In this document: positions 8,725 to 15,896 of the stretch, one piece after another | Layout of the letters: each line of letters starts with the position of its first letter | How positions within the stretch are numbered: the stretch's first letter is position 1 | Source of the DNA: Gemmatimonadota bacterium | Lineage (GTDB): Bacteria; Gemmatimonadota; Gemmatimonadetes; Gemmatimonadales; GWC2-71-9 | DNA: 31,524 nt | Assembly: GCA_039591655.1 (NCBI GenBank) | Contig: JBDHDE010000029.1 | Span: forward strand, 1 to 31,524 | Direction: 5' to 3' | Position numbers and translations under genes: made by a program | The notes under the pieces: generated by a model | Database searches by the model: none | What the model was told of the DNA's origin: nothing | Seen by the model: only the letters and a program-made list of their open reading frames with translations

Positions 8725-9414
8725 GTGACGGACGAGCGGCGCAAGACGTTCAGCTTGGCCGACCTCAACCGGCGGCTCACTCCGTCGGCCGTAGCCCTCA
8801 TCCTCGCCAACCTCGTACCGCTCTACGGCGTTGCCCTCTTGGGGTGGAGGGTCTTCCCCGTCGTCCTCCTCTTCTGGTTCGAGAACGTCGTCGTGGGGTT
8901 CTACAACGCGCTCAAGATCGGCTTCGCCCGCCCGGGCGACGTTGGCCGCTGGATCGCCAAGGTCTTCATGATCCCGTTCTTCCTGTTCCACTACGGCATG
9001 TTCACGTTCGTGCACGGGATCTTCGTGCTGGCGCTGTTCGGGAGCGGAATCGTAGACATGGACGGCGGCCCCAGCGTCGCGTGGTTCCGGAGTGCGCTGG
9101 TGGCGGCGGGCGTCACCTGGGCGGCCGTCGCACTGTTCGTGAGCCACGGATTCTCGTTCGCCCACAACTACATCGCACGCGGTGAGTACCGCCGGGCCAC
9201 GCTGGAGAACCTGATGAAGCAACCGTACTCCCGGGTGGTGGTGCTGCACGTGGTGATCATCGCCAGCGGGTTCCTGGTGATGGCGCTCGGAGCACCGGTG
9301 CTGGGCCTCGTGCTGTTGGTGCTGCTCAAGACCGGGGTGGACGTGAGCGCGCACCTGAAGGAGCGGGACAAGTTCGCTACCCCCAACTCTTTGCCGCCGG
9401 CGGGTTCTTCCTGA
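8725..9414 (+). CDS. Membrane protein, DUF6498-like
   Basis: LILANLVPLYGV, FWFENVVVG, FFLFHYGMFTFVHG and PYSRVVVLH patterns; multiple TM helices; overlaps the dnaE2 3' end by 38 nt. Confidence 0.8.
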   Translation: MTDERRKTFSLADLNRRLTPSAVALILANLVPLYGVALLGWRVFPVVLLFWFENVVVGFYNALKIGFARPGDVGRWIAKVFMIPFFLFHYGMFTFVHGIFVLALFGSGIVDMDGGPSVAWFRSALVAAGVTWAAVALFVSHGFSFAHNYIARGEYRRATLENLMKQPYSRVVVLHVVIIASGFLVMALGAPVLGLVLLVLLKTGVDVSAHLKERDKFATPNSLPPAGSS

Positions 9415-12400
9415 GCTGCTTGAGGAACGTGTAGGGCGAGCGCCCGCCGGCGCCGGGCTGGTCGGACACACCTGTGGGCAGCGCTGCCATGAGCTTGGTC
9501 CGCCGGTAGCCGTGTCCGTCGGTGAGTCCCCTGGGTGGCCCGCCCGACTGCCGCAGCTTCAAGGGCCGCACCTCCTTGGCGATCACGTTCACCGTCCCGG
9601 CGTCTTTGGCCAGCGTCCCCAGGATCCACAGAAACGGCTCGCCCCGCACCGCCACCCGATCGCGCTCGTAGATTTCGGGTCGCACGATGGCGTTGATCAT
9701 ACCGGCCTCGTCCTCCATCAGGATGAACGTGTAGCCGTTAGCCGTCTCCGGGCGCTGGCGCGCCACCACGAGCCCGGCCACTTCGATCTCGGCTCCGTGC
9801 TCCAGCTCCTCGAGCTTATCGCTGCACAGCACCTTTGGAGGTAGTGTGTCGCGCAGCATCGAGAACGGGTGGCCGCTGGCCGAGAACCCCAGCACGTCGT
9901 ACTCGGCCACCAGCCGCTCGTCGCTCGAGATGCCGCCGAAGCGCAGGTGCTCGTACGGGTGTGTGAGGGGAAGCTCCAGCTGGCGGCGCACCCGGGCCGG
10001 GTTGGACGGCTCGCTCTTGGGCGGGAGCCACAGCCCCACCTGCCACAGGAGCTCGCGCCGCGTCAACCCGAAGGAGTCGCAGCCGCCCACCCAGACGAGG
10101 TTCTCGATGGCGTCCCGGGAGAGCTTACGCGGCGCCCGGCGCACGAGCTCGCCGAGGCTCCGGTACGGCCCGCCCTTCTCCCGCTCGAACACCGCCTCCT
10201 CGGCCACGTCCCAGCCGCAGTCCCGGATGAACCCGAGCCCGATGCGGATGCAATTGTCCTCCACGGTGCAGTAGACGTCGCTCCGGTTGATGTCGGGCAA
10301 CTCGATGTCCACGCCGTGCCGCGCCGCGTCCCGTCCCAGGGCGTCCAGCGAGTAGAACCCCATGGGCTGGTTGTTGAACAGCCCGGTGTAGTACTCCACC
10401 GGGTGGTAGTAGCGCAGCCACGCCGACTGGTAGGCGAGCAATCCGAATGCCGCGGCGTGGGACTTGGGGAAGCCGAACGCTGAGAACGCCACCACTTGCT
10501 CGAACACCCTCCGGGCGGTGGGGTCCGAAACGCCGCGCCTGCGCGCCCCTACCAGGAACTCCCCCCAGAAGCCCTCCATGAGCTCCCGGGAGCGGCGGCG
10601 GCTCATGGCGCGGCGCAGCGCCTCGGCCTGCCCCGCGGTGAAGCCGGCGAGCGCTTGGCAGACCTGGAGCACCTGGTCCTGATAGATGATGACGCCCAGG
10701 GTCTCACCGAGGGACTCCTTGAGCAGCGGGTGGTCCACAGGGGGCTCGTAGGGGAGCCCGCGCTCCCGAGCGTGGCGCTCTGCTTCTCTGCGGCGCACGT
10801 AGGGGTTCACCGCCCCGCCCACGATGGGGCCGGGCCGCACAATGGCCACCTCGACGGCGAGGTCGTGGAGGTCACGCGGCCTGGTGCGGCGGATGATCTG
10901 GATCTGGGCACGGCTCTCGATCTGGAACAGGCCCACCGTATCGCCGGCGCAGATCTGGTCGTAGACCTTCTCGTCCTCGAAGTCGATGCGGGAGAGATTG
11001 GGCGGCGCGCCTTCCTTCTTGGCGACGAGCTCGACGCACTCCTCTACGGCCGAGAGCATCCCCAGGGCCAGGAAGTCGATCTTGATGAACCGGGCGTCGT
11101 CGCAGGAGTCCTTGTCCCATTGACACACCACGCGGTCGGGCATGGCCGAGCGCTCCAGCGGCACGAGCTCCACCAGGGGCCGGCTCGAGATGATCATCCC
11201 GCCCACGTGCTGCGAGACGTGCCGCGGTAGCCCGGCGATCTCCTCGGCCAGGTCACACAGGTCGCGCCACAGGGGAGCCTTGGTGCGCCCCGCGAACCCG
11301 GGGAGCTTCTCCAGCTCTTCCCTGAGCGCTCCCGCCGAGCGGTGCTCGGCGAGCTTGGCCACCTGCTCCAGCTCACCGATGGGGAGGTCGAGAGCCTTGC
11401 CCAGCTCCCGCACCGCCGAGCGCAGGCGGTACGTGGGAAAGGAACAGACCAGTCCGGTGTGCTCGTCGCCGTAGCGCTGGTACACGCGACGGATGAGCTG
11501 TTCGCGGATCTCCCGGGGAAAGTCGAGGTCGATGTCGGGGATCGACGCCAGCGTCTCGTTCAGGAACCGGCCCAGGAAGAGCCGGTTGCTCACCGGATCG
11601 ATGTGGGAGAGGCCGAGGAAGTAGCAGATGATGGACGAGACCGACGAGCCGCGACCCCGGCCGGGTAGCAGGTTGCCCGCGGCACGCCGCGTTCCCCGGC
11701 GCACGTCCGCTCCAACCTCCCGGGCCAGCTCGAACAGATCGTTGTAGACCAGGAAGAAGCCGCACAGCTGGTGGTGCTCGACCAACCGTAGCTCCTCTTC
11801 CAGACGACGCTCGGCTTCGGCACGGTTTGCTGAGTCGGGTGGGTAGAGCTCCTCGAGCTTCACGCGGCACAGCTCGGCGAGAGCCTGCGAGGCCGTCTGC
11901 CGCTCCGAGCCACGGAAGTTGGGGAAGGTGTATCCCAGGTCTTTGGTCAGATCGAACGCCCGGCAGCGCTCGGCGATTGCCACCGTGTTGGCGACGGCGT
12001 CGGGCCGGTCGCGGAACAGGGTGGCCATCTCATCGGGCGGTCTGAGATAGAACTCGCTGTTGGACCTCCGCACGTCGTGGGAGGCGTCCAGCGTGGTGCG
12101 GTGCCGGATGGCGGTGAGGGCGTCGTGCAACCGGTGTCCCTCGCGCCGGTGGTAGTGCACGTCTCCCGTCGCCACCACGGAGAGGCCGCTGCCGTCGGCG
12201 ATGTCCGCCAGGGCCTTGGTGAGGTCACGGTCTCCCCGCACGTGATTGCGCTGGAGCTCCACGAAGAAGCGCTCGCGGCCGAACAGCGCCCGGCAGCGCT
12301 CGGCGAGGCGTCGGGCCGCCGTGAGCCCTTCCCGCGCCAGCACCGTGGGCAGCAATCCGTTGCGGCACCCCGAGAGCACGATCAATCCCTCGTGCCGCGC

Positions 12401-12736
12401 CTCCAGCGAAGCGAAGTCCAGGCGGGGATCGCGTCGGTCCTCCCGACCCAGATGTGCCTCGGTGATCAAGCGGCAGAGGTTGGCGTACCCTTCAGGCGTC
12501 TCGGCGAGGAGGGTGACGTGGGAGCCGTCGAGCAGGGTGACCTCGGCGCCGGTAATGGGTTGCAGGCCGAAGTCCCTCGCCGCCCGCGCGAAGGCCATGG
12601 ACCCGTACACGCCGCTGTGGTCGGTGACGGCCAAGGCTGCGTACTCCAGGCCCGTCGCCTCGAGGACCAGCTGCTCGGGCAACGCGGTGCCGTCGAGGAA
12701 CGAGAAAGCGGAGTGGCAGTGGAGCTCGACGTACAT
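9377..12736 (-). CDS. dnaE2: Error-prone DNA polymerase III alpha (DnaE2/ImuC)
   Basis: 1119 aa; PHP YVELHCHSAFSFLDG, GRGRGS, PDIDLD, KIDFLALG, FQIESRAQ, GFPKSHAAAF, NNQPMGFY, OB-fold RQRPETANG; last gene of an imuB-type cassette. Confidence 0.95.
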   Translation of the reverse strand: MYVELHCHSAFSFLDGTALPEQLVLEATGLEYAALAVTDHSGVYGSMAFARAARDFGLQPITGAEVTLLDGSHVTLLAETPEGYANLCRLITEAHLGREDRRDPRLDFASLEARHEGLIVLSGCRNGLLPTVLAREGLTAARRLAERCRALFGRERFFVELQRNHVRGDRDLTKALADIADGSGLSVVATGDVHYHRREGHRLHDALTAIRHRTTLDASHDVRRSNSEFYLRPPDEMATLFRDRPDAVANTVAIAERCRAFDLTKDLGYTFPNFRGSERQTASQALAELCRVKLEELYPPDSANRAEAERRLEEELRLVEHHQLCGFFLVYNDLFELAREVGADVRRGTRRAAGNLLPGRGRGSSVSSIICYFLGLSHIDPVSNRLFLGRFLNETLASIPDIDLDFPREIREQLIRRVYQRYGDEHTGLVCSFPTYRLRSAVRELGKALDLPIGELEQVAKLAEHRSAGALREELEKLPGFAGRTKAPLWRDLCDLAEEIAGLPRHVSQHVGGMIISSRPLVELVPLERSAMPDRVVCQWDKDSCDDARFIKIDFLALGMLSAVEECVELVAKKEGAPPNLSRIDFEDEKVYDQICAGDTVGLFQIESRAQIQIIRRTRPRDLHDLAVEVAIVRPGPIVGGAVNPYVRRREAERHARERGLPYEPPVDHPLLKESLGETLGVIIYQDQVLQVCQALAGFTAGQAEALRRAMSRRRSRELMEGFWGEFLVGARRRGVSDPTARRVFEQVVAFSAFGFPKSHAAAFGLLAYQSAWLRYYHPVEYYTGLFNNQPMGFYSLDALGRDAARHGVDIELPDINRSDVYCTVEDNCIRIGLGFIRDCGWDVAEEAVFEREKGGPYRSLGELVRRAPRKLSRDAIENLVWVGGCDSFGLTRRELLWQVGLWLPPKSEPSNPARVRRQLELPLTHPYEHLRFGGISSDERLVAEYDVLGFSASGHPFSMLRDTLPPKVLCSDKLEELEHGAEIEVAGLVVARQRPETANGYTFILMEDEAGMINAIVRPEIYERDRVAVRGEPFLWILGTLAKDAGTVNVIAKEVRPLKLRQSGGPPRGLTDGHGYRRTKLMAALPTGVSDQPGAGGRSPYTFLKQLRKNPPAAKSWG

Positions 12737-12743
12737 CTGCCTA

Positions 12744-13031
12744 TTACGGCATCTGCATGAACCACTGCCGGGTCTTCAGGTCTTCGAACAACACCATGTG
12801 CCCTCCTCCCTCCAGCACGACCTCCACGTATTGCCGGGTGATTGGTTCTCTCCACCACTCGTCGTTGATGCGCCAGGCCTCGAGGATCTCCTCGACCAGC
12901 CGCCTGTCGTCCTCGTCTTCCCCGATCGCAAAGGGGAAGCCCCGATCATCGAGCTCGACGGTCACGGGCCGCGGCACGTTCAAGGCTCGAAGTCGATCAG
13001 CGCGTAGCGGCGTTCGGGTATGCGTGACCAT
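12744..13031 (-). CDS. Small protein resembling the ImuB C-terminal domain (DUF6504-like), 95 aa
   Basis: ATG 13031: MVTHTRTPLRADRLRALNVPRPVTVELD...EAWRINDEWWREPITRQYVEVVLEGGGHMVLFEDLKTRQWFMQMP. The RIxxxWW...RxY...LF...WF pattern parallels ImuB C-termini; sits between imuB and dnaE2. Confidence 0.8.
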   Translation of the reverse strand: MVTHTRTPLRADRLRALNVPRPVTVELDDRGFPFAIGEDEDDRRLVEEILEAWRINDEWWREPITRQYVEVVLEGGGHMVLFEDLKTRQWFMQMP

Positions 13032-14443
13032 GGCTGCACCTCGATGATGTGGTAGAGCATCGGACGCTTGAGTCGAGTCTGGATCTCGTGGGCCGCGGCG
13101 TGGAGCGCGCGGCGGCGGCCGGCCCGGGCCGCGGCGCTGGCGTCCCGGGCGAAGAGTTGGAGCTCGTCGGTGCCCCGGGCGAAGGCGGTGAACTCCACCG
13201 CGAGATGCTCGACCGCCCCCGCGGGCGGTGCGTGCTCCAGGCGCACCTTGAGCGGGGCGGCAATGCGCTCGCGGTCGGCCGAGGGGTCCTTGAGGGTGGC
13301 CCCGGTCATCCAGGAGGCGCCGTGCTCCAACGTGGCGCGCACGCGCACCACGTGGACGCGCCACCCGGTGCGCCGCGGGTGGGAGAGGGCCCGCTCGATG
13401 AGCTTGTCCAGCGCGTGGGCGAGCATGGCCCGGTCGGCCACAGGCGTCAGGAAGTCGAGAGATGCCACGATGGGCTCGGGGCGCTCCCTGCCGGTGACCG
13501 GATCGGTCACGTTCCCCGTGGCGAGCTGCCACGCCTGGCGTCCCTCGCCGCCGAACTGGGAGACGAGGGCCACCTCGGGGAGCCGGGCCACCTGGCGCAG
13601 CGTCTTGAGTCCCAGCTGCCAGAGGCGGCGATGCGTGTCGGGAGAGACAGGGAGGACCGCGACGGGTTGGTTGGCGAGGAACTCGCCGCGCTCCTCATCG
13701 GGGACGACTACGGCCTCGCCCGGTTTCGCCCGGGTGGCCGCGACCCAAGAGAGGAACTTGCCACGGCCCCAGCCGAGGCGCACGACCGAGGAAAGGGAGC
13801 GGGGCCGCTTCCCGTTTCCCGCTTCCCCCTTCCTGAGGGGGTGAGCGGGGTGGAGCAGCCCCGGAGAGGTTGTTACGGAGCGGCGGTTCGGTCGCGTTTG
13901 TGCCCTATCGCTCCGCTCGTGCGCCGCCGCCGTCCCGCCACCGCATATGTTGAACGCTTCAGGCGTCCCCAAGGTTGCAATGCACGTTGCGCGTTGCACG
14001 ACCTGCGCTATCGCTTCCAGCTGTGATGCCGGCTCTCCATAGAGCCCTTCCAATCCGTCCACTCCAACAAACACCCGCCCCAGCTCTGCGGGCTCGATGA
14101 CCGGACTGGCCTCGCCCAGCGCCAGCAACAGCCGGGAGAACTGCTCGTCGTAGTAGACCGGATCCGGCTCGCACAGCGTGAGGGAAGGGCAGAGGCCGAT
14201 CGCCTGGCTCACGGTCATGCCGGTTCGCACGCCGGCGCGCCGGGCGAAGGGCGAGACCTGCCACACCCGGCGGGTGTCGTCCGGTGAGAGCAGGGCGGTG
14301 GGCGTCGTCGCCAATTCCGGACGGCGGCGCTCCTCGCACCGCAGGGCAAAGAGGGGGATCCAGAGACACACGGCGAGGTCGCTGGAAAGTGCGGCCCTGC
14401 TGTTGCAGGGCCGACCGTTGCCGCCTGAGAGAGAGCGCGTCAT
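12980..14443 (-). CDS. imuB: ImuB-like inactive Y-family polymerase
   Basis: IMS-like N-terminus (CLWIPLFAL, ARRAGVRTGMTVSQAIGLCPSL) with catalytic acidic motifs replaced (GRVFVGVDG), HhH LWQLGLKTLRQVARLP, little-finger region, SRIPERRY tail; ATGA overlap with the upstream gene. Confidence 0.85.
   Translation of the reverse strand: MTRSLSGGNGRPCNSRAALSSDLAVCLWIPLFALRCEERRRPELATTPTALLSPDDTRRVWQVSPFARRAGVRTGMTVSQAIGLCPSLTLCEPDPVYYDEQFSRLLLALGEASPVIEPAELGRVFVGVDGLEGLYGEPASQLEAIAQVVQRATCIATLGTPEAFNICGGGTAAAHERSDRAQTRPNRRSVTTSPGLLHPAHPLRKGEAGNGKRPRSLSSVVRLGWGRGKFLSWVAATRAKPGEAVVVPDEERGEFLANQPVAVLPVSPDTHRRLWQLGLKTLRQVARLPEVALVSQFGGEGRQAWQLATGNVTDPVTGRERPEPIVASLDFLTPVADRAMLAHALDKLIERALSHPRRTGWRVHVVRVRATLEHGASWMTGATLKDPSADRERIAAPLKVRLEHAPPAGAVEHLAVEFTAFARGTDELQLFARDASAAARAGRRRALHAAAHEIQTRLKRPMLYHIIEVQPWSRIPERRYALIDFEP
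13805..13825. repeat. Heptamer tandem triplet (CCGYTTC)x3
   Basis: CCGCTTC CCGTTTC CCGCTTC inside the imuB insertion. Confidence 0.6.
13981..14001. repeat. Heptamer tandem triplet (TGCRCGW)x3
   Basis: TGCACGT TGCGCGT TGCACGA at the other edge of the imuB insertion. Confidence 0.5.
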
Positions 14444-15534
14444 CGCGCCCCCTCTCCATCGGCGGCGGATGATCTCGGGGAAATGGGGCAGTGCCGCCCG
14501 CCGTCATCTGTCGCGGAGAACAGGCTCAGTTGCGCCGCACGCCCGGCCTGCTGCGCCGACTCCTCCTCGTCGGTGTCGCCCTGAGGGATTCCGTACTTGA
14601 GCGAGAAGCGCTGAAAGCGGCGCTTGGCTGCAGCGGCGTACTCCTGCGGCGCATTCCACGTGTCGTGGTAAGCCGCTCGATACCGCCGGGCGAGATCGGG
14701 GAAGTGCTGTTCCACGATGGGCAGGAAGCGCCGGCGTGAGTCGGGGTAGAGGCGCAGCGTAATGGGTGTGATGAACTTGGCGCCCGCCGCGCTGGCCGCC
14801 TCCATGAGCGCATCGACCTGAGGTACCGTGTCGGTGATGCCGGGGAGGATCGGGGCCACGATGAGTCCGGCGCGGATCCCTCCCCTCACGAGCTGCTCGA
14901 GGGCCCGCAGCCGGGCGTGGGGCATGGGGGAGCGCGCCTCGAACAGCCTGATCACCCGGGCGTCGACGCTGACCAGCGAGATGTACACCGACAGCCAATG
15001 CCGGCGCGAGAGATCCTGCAGCAGGTCGAGGTCGCGACAGACCAACGGGCTCTTCGTGATGACCCCGATGCGAATCCCGCGCTCGCCGCGCAGCCGGGCG
15101 AGCACTGCGCGAGTCACCTGATACTGGCGCTCCGCCGGTTGGTAGGGATCGGTGGCGCTGCCGATTAGGATCGTCTGGAGGCCGTCGAGGGCCGTGCGGC
15201 GCCTGAGGCGGTTGAGGTCGCGGTCCAGTGCCGCCAGGACCGCGCTGCGGGACTTGATGAAGATGCGATGCTCGAAGGGCTCCAGCCCCTCCGGCCGCTG
15301 GAAATCTGTGAACTCGGCTGCGGTGATGCGTCCATCGTCCCGCGCCCGCTCGACCACGTAGCGGTGCGTGTAGCGGGCGTAGCAGTAGGTGCACCCGAAC
15401 TCGCAGCCCACGTAGGGATTGAGGGACCAGAAGCCCATGCCGGTGGACTCGGGCGAGTTGATGACCGAGCGCACCGAGAGCTCGGCGAACTTGGTGCCGC
15501 GGTGGCGCTGGTCGAGGACTGGGAGGGCCGGCAT
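14440..15534 (-). CDS. SplB-like (Rv2578c-type) radical SAM DNA-repair-associated protein
   Basis: SLNPYVGCEFGCTYCYARY (CxxxCxxC), ILIGSATDPYQPAE, ITKSPLV, APILPGITD; C-terminal QLSLF. Confidence 0.9.
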   Translation of the reverse strand: MPALPVLDQRHRGTKFAELSVRSVINSPESTGMGFWSLNPYVGCEFGCTYCYARYTHRYVVERARDDGRITAAEFTDFQRPEGLEPFEHRIFIKSRSAVLAALDRDLNRLRRRTALDGLQTILIGSATDPYQPAERQYQVTRAVLARLRGERGIRIGVITKSPLVCRDLDLLQDLSRRHWLSVYISLVSVDARVIRLFEARSPMPHARLRALEQLVRGGIRAGLIVAPILPGITDTVPQVDALMEAASAAGAKFITPITLRLYPDSRRRFLPIVEQHFPDLARRYRAAYHDTWNAPQEYAAAAKRRFQRFSLKYGIPQGDTDEEESAQQAGRAAQLSLFSATDDGGRHCPISPRSSAADGEGAR

Positions 15535-15726
15535 CTACCCACACCTTCCCCACCCGCACGCCAGGCAGAACTCGCAGCCGGAGGCATGAACCAGCGGCGC
15601 ATCGCAGTCCGGGCAGGTGGCCGGTCCCAGCTGCGGTGCCTGCCGCGGGCAATGATCCGTAACCCGTTGTGGAACGGGCACTTCGTAGATGCGACGCCAA
15701 CGCATCTTCGGGATATATTCGGGCAT
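15535..15726 (-). CDS. Small Zn-ribbon protein resembling the C-terminal tail of class II ribonucleotide reductase
   Basis: CPDCDAPLVHASGCEFCLACGWGRCG* ending; stop TAG directly abuts the radical SAM ATG. Start is either ATG 15726 (63 aa) or ATG 15705 (56 aa). Confidence 0.7.
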   Translation of the reverse strand: MPEYIPKMRWRRIYEVPVPQRVTDHCPRQAPQLGPATCPDCDAPLVHASGCEFCLACGWGRCG

Positions 15727-15757
15727 CTAATACCGAATATACCCCGAAAACATACCG
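15707..15757. promoter_or_regulatory. Candidate repressor operator: CCGAA-N6-CCGAA repeats in inverted arrangement
   Basis: TTCGGGATATATTCGG (15707-15722) and CCGAATATACCCCGAA (15733-15748) are reverse complements at 15/16; a further partial unit CCG at 15755-15757 keeps the 11-bp period. Confidence 0.65.
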
Positions 15758-15763
15758 CTGCAA
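15736..15763 (-). promoter_or_regulatory. Putative sigma70 promoter of the mutagenesis cassette
   Basis: Minus strand TTGCAG (15763-15758), 16-nt spacer, TATATT (15741-15736); AT-rich island in high-GC DNA. Confidence 0.55.
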
Positions 15764-15812
15764 GGGTGGGGTTCGGGGTGCTTGATCCCACCGGATCGCC
15801 CCTTGCCACGCT

Positions 15813-15830
15813 GTTACACAGACGTGACAT
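15813..15830 (-). promoter_or_regulatory. Pho-box-like direct repeat upstream of the phosphate operon
   Basis: Minus strand ATGTCAC-GTCT-GTGTAAC (TGTCA/TGTAA with 11-bp period); overlaps a possible plus-strand promoter TTGCCA(15803)-N17-GACATT. Confidence 0.55.
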
Positions 15831-15896
15831 TCTCCGCGGTCCGACGCGTCGTCTCATCCGAGGCCGAACCGCGAACCTCTACGGTCGAGCGCTCTC

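Noticed and set aside
13032..13532. N-terminal extension of track ORF 12744..13532
   Set aside because: Low-complexity alternative frame of imuB; protein-like sequence starts at ATG 13031.
14504..15763. 419-aa alternative-frame ORF as a hidden imuA
   Set aside because: Arg/Pro-rich shadow frame with no Walker A or RecA/SulA-like features.
15700..15800. Canonical LexA boxes (CTGT-N8-ACAG, GAAC-N4-GTTC, exact GTTC-N7-GTTC)
   Set aside because: No exact match found by eye; only the CCGAA repeat system is present.
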